From Chthonomonadales bacterium (GTDB lineage: Bacteria > Armatimonadota > Chthonomonadetes > Chthonomonadales > CAJBBX01), in the NCBI GenBank assembly GCA_038229495.1, contig JBBROJ010000009.1, positions 4,342 to 68,341 of the forward strand: a stretch of 64,000 nucleotides of DNA. The letters are read 5' to 3'. The position numbers and the translations under genes were made by a program. Every line of letters starts with the position of its first letter. The stretch's first letter is position 1. The notes beneath the pieces are model-generated. The model did no database searches and was not told the origin of the DNA. It was given only the letters and a program-made list of their open reading frames with translations. This document shows, piece after piece, positions 1 through 8,558 of this stretch.

Positions 1-12
1 TTCGTTATAATA

Positions 13-163
13 GAGGTAATTGCAAAAATCGATAGACCCGTCATGCTGAGCGAAGCGAAGCATCTGTTTGTATCGTTGTTAGCAGACATTGGAAGCTAAA
101 AGCGGATCCTTCGCTTCGCTCAGGATGACGGTTGCGCGGACGCGGGAATTTTGCAATTACCTC
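13..163. repeat. MITE/REP-like element with nested inverted repeats
   Basis: Perfect 15-bp outer IR GAGGTAATTGCAAAA (13-27) / TTTTGCAATTACCTC (149-163). Inner 23-bp IR CCGTCATGCTGAGCGAAGCGAAG (38-60) / CTTCGCTTCGCTCAGGATGACGG (109-131) with 1 mismatch. Confidence 0.85.
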
Positions 164-492
164 AATATATACGGTGATTGGCCGCTTGATAGGCCAACTC
201 CTTCTCGGCCCCAACCAAAGGGATCGCACTTAGATTGCAAGGTCGCAGAACTGTGCGTAGCGTTCAGCGTCGAAGAACTTGGCAAGGTCGTTTGCCCAAA
301 AGCCTGTCCCTATCGCGTCTCCTGTTGTCGAAGAGCGAATTGCGATCGGCACCTTTACATAGGGGAAATCCAGGACCAAAGACACCCTAAACATATGAAA
401 ATTAGCCCGGCCAACCTTTCGAGCAGCCGGGCCTCGATTTCACCGATTCCCACGATTCCCTCGGGATTCCGATTCAGTCGCGCGGCTCGGGA

Positions 493-554
493 CTCCCCCT
501 CTTTAAGAAGAGCCTGTCCTGAGCTTGTCGAAGGAAGGGGGCTGGGGGGAGGTT
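493..554. repeat. Composite REP-like element, copy 1
   Basis: CCCCTCTTTAAGAAG-AGCCTGTCCTGAGCTTGTCGAAG-GAAGGGGGCTGGGGGGAGGTT, closely matching 15821-15880. Confidence 0.8.
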
Positions 555-559
555 CCACC

Positions 560-768
560 CACCTTGCCCGTCTCCTCCGCGTCCTCAATCGTCGCCAAGC
601 GTTCGATCGAGCCAATCGTATCGCCCGGACCAAGATTGATCAGCTTCACGCCCTGAGTCGAGCGGCCCGCCGCGCGGATTCCAGCCACGTCCATCCGGAT
701 CGTGATGCCGTTCTTCGTCGTGATCTTCAGCTTGCCGTCGGGATCGAGCACCATCGGGCCGTCGACCG
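560..768 (-). pseudogene. gyrA: Diverged duplicate of the gyrA 3' end (last CTD blade plus start of the acidic tail)
   Basis: Translates VLDPDGKLKITTKNGITIRMDVAGIRAAGRSTQGVKLINLGPGDTIGSIERLATIEDAEETGKV, against GyrA VVEPDDRLMIITRNGITIRMEVVGIRSAGRSTQGVKLINLAAGDTIGSIERLATIEDAEETGKV. 36 bp are identical (560-595 = 2404-2439). Confidence 0.9.
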
Positions 769-783
769 AATTCTAGCGCTCGG

Positions 784-1053
784 TTATTTGCGCAGTGAAC
801 CGATGCAAATAACGGTTTCAGCGCCAATTACGCCCAGCACCCACATGTAACCCCAGATACAGATGCAGCCGTCGGCGAAGCCGGGACCAGGTCGGGCTCC
901 AAAGTACTTCCATACTGGGAATCCGAGCAAACTCGCTACCAGCGCCCAACCCAGCCCGACCAAAACGGACGTAGTCACTGTAGCCGCAGCAATGCCAAGT
1001 AACACCGCCGCCCAGAATATCAAAATCAGCATATCTCCGAGATTATCGCGCAT
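784..1053 (-). CDS. Small hypothetical membrane protein
   Basis: 89 aa with 2-3 hydrophobic segments, directly downstream of the 333-aa ORF on the same strand. Confidence 0.5.
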   Translation of the reverse strand: MRDNLGDMLILIFWAAVLLGIAAATVTTSVLVGLGWALVASLLGFPVWKYFGARPGPGFADGCICIWGYMWVLGVIGAETVICIGSLRK

Positions 1054-1092
1054 ACCATCCGTTCCCTAGAGTGCGTGTACCAATCCAAGCTG

Positions 1093-2094
1093 TTAGCGGT
1101 AAGCCCCGGACCACATCAGCTGTAGTCGCCACATCGTGGAATCCGAGATGGAAGGCACATTGCGAGGCCAATTCGGCGGAAGGCCAAGAAGCTCATCAAG
1201 GGACTTTCCGTCCCGATATTGCCAGTATCTGTTGGGCGAAGCATGTATCCGCATCGGAATGGCACGGTAGAGTAGTGGCAAGCTCAATTGGAGTGGTCGG
1301 CGAGCTCTCGGGTTGTGATATAGGCAGTACCAAACGTTAGGTTCGTTGCCGAGATTGCAGCAACACATAAAAAGAAACGCACTTACGTTGTTTACAGGGT
1401 TATCCACCGGATCTATAGCGAGATCGTCTGCAAGAATCCCATCGTTTAGGCCCTCCTTGTTTCCTCGCACGACTCTCTGCACTGTCAAACCATCCGACAA
1501 CATGGCATCCTGCACACCGTAACTACCGAGCAGGACGTCCTCGAAGGCAAGCCTACCTGTTGCCATATCGAGCGTGTTCACAGCAAGGATCAGAGGCAGT
1601 CCAGGATCACCGTAGTGCGGCAATTTCTTCTTTATTCCTGCCCGAATTGGCGATTCTGGGTCTACAACTTTGGGTAACCCATCTCCAACTCCCAGCCAAC
1701 CAAGTTCTGATTCCCGAGTTACGACGCGGGTCTCCACATAGAATTCCGCGCCGTTCCGGCCCTCTACAAGGAAGTCAGGCTTCGATTTCGACCCATTTGC
1801 GAGGGCTGGTTCGACCGCCTTTACCTGACAATCCGCACGACCAAGTAAGCGGTTTATCACGAGTTCGAAGTAAGCCCCATGATGCTGACCGTCGTCGGCA
1901 GACCGGAACCTTGTAATGACGTTCCGAAAGGCAACCCGGCCGTGCATCAATAGGTACTCGTCCGAAAGATCGTCGACAAACCCTCGAAGCCGGCCAACAA
2001 TTGCATGACCGCATCGATTCAGATACGCGAACTGAGACTCGCCTACCTGTTTAGTGCGGTCATCCGGACGGGCGATATCGTTAAAGACTGTCAT
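1093..2094 (-). CDS. Hypothetical protein, putative PD-(D/E)XK nuclease-like
   Basis: 333-aa ORF. Motif E...KPDFLV...FYVE(T)R resembles the PD-(D/E)XK core. Codon usage is visibly less GC3-biased than gyrA. Confidence 0.6.
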   Translation of the reverse strand: MTVFNDIARPDDRTKQVGESQFAYLNRCGHAIVGRLRGFVDDLSDEYLLMHGRVAFRNVITRFRSADDGQHHGAYFELVINRLLGRADCQVKAVEPALANGSKSKPDFLVEGRNGAEFYVETRVVTRESELGWLGVGDGLPKVVDPESPIRAGIKKKLPHYGDPGLPLILAVNTLDMATGRLAFEDVLLGSYGVQDAMLSDGLTVQRVVRGNKEGLNDGILADDLAIDPVDNPVNNVSAFLFMCCCNLGNEPNVWYCLYHNPRARRPLQLSLPLLYRAIPMRIHASPNRYWQYRDGKSLDELLGLPPNWPRNVPSISDSTMWRLQLMWSGAYR

Positions 2095-2124
2095 CAGGTT
2101 CAGTTTCTCTACGCGAAATACAAC

Positions 2125-2160
2125 AAGGCCTGACCAACCTTGCGGTCAGCCGGGCCTCTT
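2125..2160 (-). terminator. Hairpin downstream of gyrA, possible terminator
   Basis: AGGCC-TGACC...GGTCA-GCC-GGGCCT imperfect stem between gyrA and the islet ORF. Confidence 0.35.
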
Positions 2161-2249
2161 GAGTTCGTTGGTCCGCCTGCGATTCAGCGATTCAACAACA
2201 TTGCGGACCGCACGAATCATTCGTGATTCCGGGACACTTTCGGTCTAGC

Positions 2250-2290
2250 TCCCCTCGCCCGCGGGCGGGAGAGGGGCCGGGGGTGAGGGG
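2250..2290. repeat. REP-like palindrome (CCCCTC...GAGGGG-CCGGGGGTGAGGG type)
   Basis: CCCCTCGCCCGCGGGCGGGAGAGGGGCCGGGGGTGAGGGG, related to copies at 23888, 39945 and 46801. Confidence 0.7.
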
Positions 2291-2349
2291 TGCCGTGGCC
2301 GCTACTCAGGATTCACCAGCCGCCCACGCCAGAGGCTCCAAAAGCCGAA

Positions 2350-4917
2350 CTACTCCTCCGGCTCGGCAACCGATTCAGCCGATTCAGCAGCCCCGCCTTC
2401 CGGCACCTTGCCCGTCTCCTCCGCGTCCTCAATCGTCGCGAGGCGCTCGATGGAGCCAATCGTATCACCCGCCGCCAGGTTGATCAGCTTCACACCCTGC
2501 GTCGAGCGGCCCGCCGAGCGGATACCCACAACCTCCATGCGAATCGTGATTCCGTTGCGCGTGATGATCATCAGACGGTCGTCCGGCTCCACAACCACCG
2601 CGTCCACGATATTGCCCGTCTTCTCCGTAATGTCCATCGTGATGATGCCCTTGCCGCCGCGGGTCTGCGAGCGGTAGTCGGCCAGATTCGTGCGCTTGCC
2701 AATTCCCTTCTCGCCAACCACCAGAAGCTGGCTCGTGGGGCGCACAACATCCATCGCCACCACGTGATCCTTCAGCTTGCCGCCCGCGTCGCGCATCTCG
2801 ATACCGCGCACGCCGCCCGCCGGACGACCGCGTGTCGGCACGTTGCCCTCCTTGAACCGGATCGACTTGCCGCCGTGCGTCACCAGAATGCACTCCTGCT
2901 TCCCGTCCGTCAGCTTAACCCAGCGCAGCGAGTCGTCCGGCTCCAGGTCGAAGCAGATAAGCCCGTTGGCCCGCAGGTTCGCGAACTCCTTCAAGTTCAC
3001 CCGCTTCACCTCGCCGTTGCGCGTCGCAAACAGCATAAAGCCGGTCGCCTTGTGCAACTCCTTCACCGGCACCGTAGCCGTCACGATATCGCCTGGCTCG
3101 ATGTTGATCAGGTTGATAATCGCCGTGCCCATCGCCTGCCGGCTCGTCTGCGGAACCTCCCACGCCTTCAGCTTGTAGACGCGGCCCCGGCTCGTAAAGA
3201 AGAGGATGAAATCGTGTGTGTTCGCCATGAAGAGGTGCTCAATGGTGTCCTCCTCCTTCGTGTTCGCGCCCAGAATGCCGCGCCCGCCGCGTCGCTGCGT
3301 CCGGTAGGTGTCCATCGGAACGCGCTTCACATAGCCGTCGCGGGTCACCGTAATCAGCATGTCCTCTTCGGGGATCAAGTCCTCTTCGCCAATCTCCTCG
3401 GCCTCGGTCGCAAGAATTCGAGTCTTGCGCTCGTCGCCGTACTTGTCCTTCAGCGCCTTCAGCTCGCCCTTGATGATGGCCGTCACGCGCGCCGCGTTCA
3501 CCAGGATGTCCTCTAGGTTGGCAATCTCCTTCAGGAGGCCCTTGTACTCCGCCTCCAGGTTCAGCCGGTTGAGCCGCGTCAGCCGCCGGAGCTGCATGTC
3601 AAGGATGGCCGTCGCCTGTAGCTGCGTAAACCCGAACCGCGCCATCATCTCCGTGCGCGCAATCTGGTCGTCGTCCGCCCCCCGGATGATTCGGATAATC
3701 TCGTCCATCACGTCCAGGGCGATCTGCAAGCCTTCGGTGATGTGCGCGCGGGATTTGGCCCGTCCCAGCTCGAACCGCGTCCGCCGCGTAATAATCTCGC
3801 GGCGATGCTTGATGTAATGGCCCAGCACCTGGGGAAGAGTCAGCAGGCGCGGCACGCCGTCCACAAGCGCCAGCATGATGACGCCGAACGTAGTACGAAG
3901 AGAAGTGTGCTTCAGCAGGTAGTTCAGCACCTTACGCGGGTGGGCGTCGCGGCGCAGCTCGATAACCACGCGCATGCCGTGGCGATTCGTCAGGTCCTGA
4001 AGCCCGGTAATACCGTCGATCTTCTTCGCCTTGGCCAGCTCGGCAATCTGATCCTTGATCAGCCGCTCCTTGTTGACCTGGTAGGGCAGCTCGCTGATAA
4101 CGATGGCGCTCCGCCCGCCCTCCAGCGGCTCGATGTTGACCACCGCCTGCATAATAATGCGGCCGCGCCCCGTCTCATAAGCTTCTTTAATGCCCTTGGT
4201 GCCCAGAATCACGCCCGATGTCGGAAAGTCCGGCCCCTGGATGAATTTCATTAGCTCGGGTACGGTTGCATCAGGCTTGTCCAACTGAAAGGCGATGGCG
4301 TCGCAGACCTCTCGCAGGTTGTGCGGCGGCACCTTCGTGGTCATGCCGACCGCGATTCCCTCGCCGCCGTTACAGAGGAAGTTGGGGAACCGGCCCGGCA
4401 GCACCGTCGGCTCGCGGCTGGTCTGGTCGTAGTTCGGCATCCAGTCCACCGTGTCGCGGTCCAGGTCGGCCAGCAGCTCCACGGCGAAGGCCGACATGCG
4501 CGCTTCGGTGTACCGCATGGCGGCGGGCGGGTCGCCGTCGATGCTGCCGAAGTTGCCCTGCCCGTCCACCAGCATGTAGCGCAGGCTGAAGTCCTGGGCC
4601 AGGCGGACCATGGTGGGATAGATGACCGCTTCACCGTGCGGATGGTAGTTTCCGCTGGTGTCGCCGCATATCTTGGCCGATTTTCGGTGCTGACTGCCCG
4701 GAGTCAGGTTCAGGTCGTTCATCGCCATCAAGATGCGGCGCTGAACCGGCTTAAGTCCATCGCGCACGTCCGGGAGCGCGCGCGATACGAGGGTCGAAAC
4801 GGCGTAGCCCAGGTAGGAGCGCCGCATCTCGTCCTCAATGCCGATGAGGATAATGTCGGAAGGCGCGCCCTCTTCAGGGGTCTCGCCGGTCGTTGTGATT
4901 TCGGTATCGTCAGGCAT
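2350..4917 (-). CDS. gyrA: DNA gyrase subunit A
   Basis: SRALPDVRDGLKPVQRR, YHPHG, AAMRYTEAR catalytic Tyr, GyrA-box QRRGGRG and a C-terminal beta-pinwheel. Confidence 0.99.
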   Translation of the reverse strand: MPDDTEITTTGETPEEGAPSDIILIGIEDEMRRSYLGYAVSTLVSRALPDVRDGLKPVQRRILMAMNDLNLTPGSQHRKSAKICGDTSGNYHPHGEAVIYPTMVRLAQDFSLRYMLVDGQGNFGSIDGDPPAAMRYTEARMSAFAVELLADLDRDTVDWMPNYDQTSREPTVLPGRFPNFLCNGGEGIAVGMTTKVPPHNLREVCDAIAFQLDKPDATVPELMKFIQGPDFPTSGVILGTKGIKEAYETGRGRIIMQAVVNIEPLEGGRSAIVISELPYQVNKERLIKDQIAELAKAKKIDGITGLQDLTNRHGMRVVIELRRDAHPRKVLNYLLKHTSLRTTFGVIMLALVDGVPRLLTLPQVLGHYIKHRREIITRRTRFELGRAKSRAHITEGLQIALDVMDEIIRIIRGADDDQIARTEMMARFGFTQLQATAILDMQLRRLTRLNRLNLEAEYKGLLKEIANLEDILVNAARVTAIIKGELKALKDKYGDERKTRILATEAEEIGEEDLIPEEDMLITVTRDGYVKRVPMDTYRTQRRGGRGILGANTKEEDTIEHLFMANTHDFILFFTSRGRVYKLKAWEVPQTSRQAMGTAIINLINIEPGDIVTATVPVKELHKATGFMLFATRNGEVKRVNLKEFANLRANGLICFDLEPDDSLRWVKLTDGKQECILVTHGGKSIRFKEGNVPTRGRPAGGVRGIEMRDAGGKLKDHVVAMDVVRPTSQLLVVGEKGIGKRTNLADYRSQTRGGKGIITMDITEKTGNIVDAVVVEPDDRLMIITRNGITIRMEVVGIRSAGRSTQGVKLINLAAGDTIGSIERLATIEDAEETGKVPEGGAAESAESVAEPEE

Positions 4918-4927
4918 GGATGTATCC

Positions 4928-4987
4928 TCAGGTAAAGGTCACAGGTTTCAGGTTTCAGATATTCGGGTGTTCAAGTATTGGGGTGTT
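4928..4987. repeat. Degenerate 7-8 bp tandem repeats (TTCAGGT / TATTCGGG)
   Basis: CAGGTTTCAGGTTTCAGATATTCGGGTGTTCAAGTATTGGGGTGTT, the same family as 29586-29654. Confidence 0.6.
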
Positions 4988-5109
4988 AATCAGTGGAGCG
5001 CCTGCCCTGTAACTCGCCGAAATGGGGTGGAATCGGAAATGTGATACGGTTTGGGACGGCCGATTCTCCGCGAAGTTAGAAGACGAATCTATCGGTTTGC
5101 AGTCTCTTA

Positions 5110-5138
5110 ATTATACCGGATATGTATAGCTTTGTCAA
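5110..5138 (-). promoter_or_regulatory. Consensus sigma70 promoter for gyrA
   Basis: Minus strand TTGACA (5138-5133), 17-bp spacer, TATAAT (5115-5110). Confidence 0.85.
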
Positions 5139-5348
5139 CTTTAGCAAGCGCATTCACGTGCTGCAATACGGACGGGCATTTGAGTGTGATATCGAAACAT
5201 AGTTGGATAGTTGCATTAGAGGACATTGAGGGCGATAATAGAACTAAATCGGTAACGAACTAACCCATATTACTCATGAACACCGCGTAGGAAGCAACCT
5301 GCGCCACATACCGCAGCGCCGCTTTCCACTTGAATAACCCGGTTTGAT

Positions 5349-5428
5349 GGCGGACACAGGTTTAAGGCGGACATGCAAGAGTAATGGCGGACACGAGGGT
5401 AAGGGCGGACACACAGGTCCGCCCCTAC
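5349..5428. repeat. GTAG-type REP hairpin with upstream GGCGGACA half-repeats
   Basis: GGCGGACA at 5349, 5366, 5386 and 5404. The last one forms the hairpin GGGCGGAC-ACACAG-GTCCGCCC-CTAC. A related copy is at 40074-40097. Confidence 0.75.
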
Positions 5429-5453
5429 AGAAAAGACGGGATTCGCGCGGGCT

Positions 5454-6224
5454 TTAGCGCTTGCCGCTCTCCTCCAACTTGCGAATCTCGTCCTTGGCCC
5501 GCTTGATTCGATCGCCGGTGTTCGGATGGGTCTGGAAATACTCCGCGACTCCTCTGCCGCCACTGCCCCCCTTCTCTTCGAGAATCTGGAAGAAGCGTAT
5601 CAGGCCGTTCGGATCGTATCCCGCCTCATAAGCGTAACGGACACCGCGCTTGTCGGCATCGTACTCGTCGCCCCGGCTATGTCCCAGCATCACGAGGTTT
5701 GCGCCGAGCCCTGCCAGAGTTTGCACGGTGCGGCTGCTTCGGCCCGCCAAAACGGTGAGCAGAAGGCCTCCGATAGTCGATTCTTTGGACTGCTTCACAG
5801 CGTGCTTGCCGGTGGTGTGCCCAATTTCGTGACCGATGACGCAGGCCAGCGTATCCTGATCGTGCCCGCACGCATCGATGGTAGCATTCGTCACATACAC
5901 GTAGCCCGGCACGGAGAAAGCGTTCAACTCCTTTGAATCCAGCACTCGAAAAGTCCATGGGATGTTGGGCCGCTCGGAGACTGACGCCAGTCGCTTGCCC
6001 AAATGAGTAACCAGCCCATTCATGTTGCGGTCTCGGCTCACCTTGTACTGCTGCGTAATCTTGGCGTCCGCGTCGCGGCCCGCCTGAAGCTCCTCTTTTT
6101 CGCTAATGCTGAACTGGGCCTGCGCGCGTTGAACCGATACCGTCATTGACGATGCCGCAATGGCAGTGCAGGCCAGCATGCGCAGAGGCAGCATCATTCT
6201 ATTTGAGTTGCAAATAATTGTCAT
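5454..6224 (-). CDS. M48 family metallopeptidase, probably secreted
   Basis: NAFSVPG, HEIGH, EYDAD and THP motifs. GGAGG RBS precedes the ATG at 6224, followed by a signal-peptide-like N-terminus. Confidence 0.92.
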   Translation of the reverse strand: MTIICNSNRMMLPLRMLACTAIAASSMTVSVQRAQAQFSISEKEELQAGRDADAKITQQYKVSRDRNMNGLVTHLGKRLASVSERPNIPWTFRVLDSKELNAFSVPGYVYVTNATIDACGHDQDTLACVIGHEIGHTTGKHAVKQSKESTIGGLLLTVLAGRSSRTVQTLAGLGANLVMLGHSRGDEYDADKRGVRYAYEAGYDPNGLIRFFQILEEKGGSGGRGVAEYFQTHPNTGDRIKRAKDEIRKLEESGKR

Positions 6225-6367
6225 GTTAAATGAACCTCCTCCATCTTCTCTATCTTGCTCTATCTTGCGAGACAATTTACAAGTTCGTCCATCTCTTAAC
6301 ACGTCAACCGGCCTGAATTGTTCCACCCTGATTGCGCGGATACGCGACAAATCGTGACTTCGCGCTC

Positions 6368-6604
6368 CTACTCCTCTAAATCGGCCACTTCCGCGACAAT
6401 CAGCGAATAGGTGTCCGCCCCAGGCAGCTCCACAACGTCGCCGGCCTTCAGCTTCCGCCCGCGCCGGTTCTCCGCCTCGCCATTAACTCGAATCGCGGCC
6501 TCCGCAATGTAGATCTTGGCCTCACCGCCGGTATCCGCAACGCCAAGCATCTTTACCAACTGCCCAAGCGTTATATATTCGCCTCGGACACCAAAGGTCT
6601 TCAT
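6368..6604 (-). CDS. S4-domain RNA-binding protein (YaaA/YbcJ-like)
   Basis: EYITLGQLVK...TGGEAK...VNGEAENRRGRKLKAGD. Confidence 0.9.
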   Translation of the reverse strand: MKTFGVRGEYITLGQLVKMLGVADTGGEAKIYIAEAAIRVNGEAENRRGRKLKAGDVVELPGADTYSLIVAEVADLEE

Positions 6605-6649
6605 TTCATTCTCCGCGCAATATTATCTGCGATGTCTCGACACGGCAAG

Positions 6650-6676
6650 ACGCCCGCCGAACAGTTCGGCGGGCGT
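6650..6676. terminator. GC-rich hairpin after the DUF1501 gene
   Basis: ACGCCCGCCGAAC / GTTCGGCGGGCGT inverted repeat. Confidence 0.7.
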
Positions 6677-6695
6677 TCTGTCTACTTGGAGGTAT

Positions 6696-8018
6696 CTACA
6701 ACAGCTCTTTGATAGGCTCGCCGTCGTAGTTTATCTTGAAGGGCCGGTTCTGCGGGCTCATGTACTCTTTCTCATAGTCCACGCCGAGCGCCTTGTAGAT
6801 GGTCGCGGCTACGTCCTCGACGCGAATCGGGCGGTCCTTCGGCACTTCGGCCCGCTCATTAGATGAGCCGACCACCTGTCCCACCTTCACGCCTCCGCCG
6901 CCCATGCAGACCGACATCGCGTTCGGCCAATGGTCGCGGCCCGCGGAGGCGTTCACCTTCGGCGTTCGGCCAAACTCTCCCATCCAGACAACCAGCGTGC
7001 TGTCGAGCATGCCCCGCTGCTTGAGGTCCTGGAGCAGGCCGGCGTAGCCCTGATCGAGTGTGGGCAGAAGGTTGTTCTTGAGGGAGTTGAAGTTGTTCTC
7101 GTGCGTGTCCCATCCGCCATAGTTGACGGTCACGAAGCGGACGCCCGCCTCCACCATCCGTCGCGCAAGGAGGCATGATTGGCCGAAGTGATTCCGTCCG
7201 TACAGGTCACGGGTTTTCGCGTCCTCCAACTTCAGATCGAATGCCTTCTTCGCAACCGGGGAGGTGATGAGGTTATAGGCCTGCTGGTAGAACTCGTCCA
7301 TGGTCTGGACGATCTTCTGCTGGCGGTCCGCCTTGCGTTGGAACGTGTCCAGCTCCTCCAGAATGGTGCGGCGGCGCGCGACGCGATCCATGTCTACCCC
7401 GTTCGGGGGAGCCACGTCCTGCACGCTGAAATTCTGGTTGTTCGGGTCGCCGCTGATGTTGAACGGGTTGTAGACCGACCCCATATATCCGCCGCCGCCG
7501 TGATTGTTCAGGCTTTGCATTCCGCCGAAGAGGACATAGGGAGGCATGCCGCTCAGCGCGCCCTTCTCGCGGGCGTACACGGAGCCATAACCGGGATATT
7601 CGACGGCGGGCGTAAAGGGGTAGCCGGTGAGCAGGTAGTGCGTGGCCGTCTCGTGCGTGCCGTCCGGCGAAGTCACAGACCGCAGGATTGAGAATTTGTC
7701 CATCTGCTGCGCAAGTTTGGGAAGCTTGTCGCTGAGCTGAATGCCTGATATATTGGTCGGGATCGCCTTGAACTCGCCCCGAATCTCCTGGGGTGCGTCC
7801 GGCTTGGGGTCGAAGGTGTCTATGTGGCTCGGCCCACCCCCCATCCAGAGCAGAATACAGGAGATATCCTTTTGTCCGGCCCGGTTAGGCGCGGCCTGGG
7901 CGGCCTTGAGGAATCCGGGAAGCGTGAGGCCGAGCGCGGAGAGACCCCCTACACGCAGGAAATCCCTGCGCGACACGCCGTCACAGTCAGTATGCTGCCC
8001 AAGCTGGAAATCTAACAT
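6696..8018 (-). CDS. DUF1501 domain protein (Tat-like signal)
   Basis: SRRDFL Tat motif, GGPSHIDTFDPKP, LLARRMVEAGVRFV, WDTH, GEFGRTP, GRDHWP. Confidence 0.95.
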   Translation of the reverse strand: MLDFQLGQHTDCDGVSRRDFLRVGGLSALGLTLPGFLKAAQAAPNRAGQKDISCILLWMGGGPSHIDTFDPKPDAPQEIRGEFKAIPTNISGIQLSDKLPKLAQQMDKFSILRSVTSPDGTHETATHYLLTGYPFTPAVEYPGYGSVYAREKGALSGMPPYVLFGGMQSLNNHGGGGYMGSVYNPFNISGDPNNQNFSVQDVAPPNGVDMDRVARRRTILEELDTFQRKADRQQKIVQTMDEFYQQAYNLITSPVAKKAFDLKLEDAKTRDLYGRNHFGQSCLLARRMVEAGVRFVTVNYGGWDTHENNFNSLKNNLLPTLDQGYAGLLQDLKQRGMLDSTLVVWMGEFGRTPKVNASAGRDHWPNAMSVCMGGGGVKVGQVVGSSNERAEVPKDRPIRVEDVAATIYKALGVDYEKEYMSPQNRPFKINYDGEPIKELL

Positions 8019-8101
8019 GGCTCACTCCCTCGCTCTCAAAAGCTTCAAACCGATTCGTTCCCGATAACGGGTGCGCGAACTACTTCTCACTTATGACATA
8101 C

Positions 8102-8130
8102 ATAATAGTTAAAAGTATCGGTAAAGTCAA
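8102..8130 (-). promoter_or_regulatory. sigma70-like promoter for the DUF1501 gene
   Basis: Minus strand TTGACT, 17-bp spacer, TATTAT. Confidence 0.65.
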
Positions 8131-8207
8131 TGGCAATTTAGCGGGTGCTGGGTCCGACAATCGAATAGTCCGGCTGGCTGCGGCAGACGGGCAAGAGATT
8201 TGCAGTC

Positions 8208-8558
8208 TCAATCCGTACGCCGAATCCGTACTCGTCCGCGCTCAGCAGTAATGATCGAGCACGCAAGCATGTCCTCAGCGTACTGCTCGACAACAACCTG
8301 GCAAACAGTTGCCTGCTGGCGGCCACCGAAGCCTACGATTCCGATGATTCCCCAGTGCGGTTGACGCTGATGGACAGCAAGGTCACCGAAATCCTTATCG
8401 ATATTGATGAGCGCTCGCTGCTCCTGATAAGCAAACGAGAGGATATGTTCGTACCCGGTATCCTCGTCCCAGTCCCCGCACCAGATGACATCGTGTCCGG
8501 CGGACTCGAGAACCGTCTTAGCCCCACCCCAAACGCACGAGTCGAGCAGAAGCTTCAC
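8208..8558 (-). CDS. DUF5615 / VapC45-like PIN toxin, possibly degenerate
   Basis: MKLLLD...DKDFGDL motifs. Its GTG overlaps the antitoxin TGA. The usual D-x-G-D-x-x-I segment reads DTGYEHI. Confidence 0.85.
   Translation of the reverse strand: MKLLLDSCVWGGAKTVLESAGHDVIWCGDWDEDTGYEHILSFAYQEQRALINIDKDFGDLAVHQRQPHWGIIGIVGFGGRQQATVCQVVVEQYAEDMLACSIITAERGRVRIRRTD

Noticed and set aside
89-850. 253-aa + strand ORF
   Set aside because: It is a mosaic of REP sequence and the antisense strand of the gyrA fragment.
2290-3516. Long antisense or alternative-frame ORFs (also 21102-22628, 27173-28306, 48179-49570, 55414-56628, 59872-61125, 62642-63793)
   Set aside because: These are shadow ORFs of GC-rich genes with no recognisable motifs.
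5349-5412. Possible CRISPR array
   Set aside because: The repeat is only 8-9 bp with 9-12-bp spacers and there are no cas genes. It is REP-derived.
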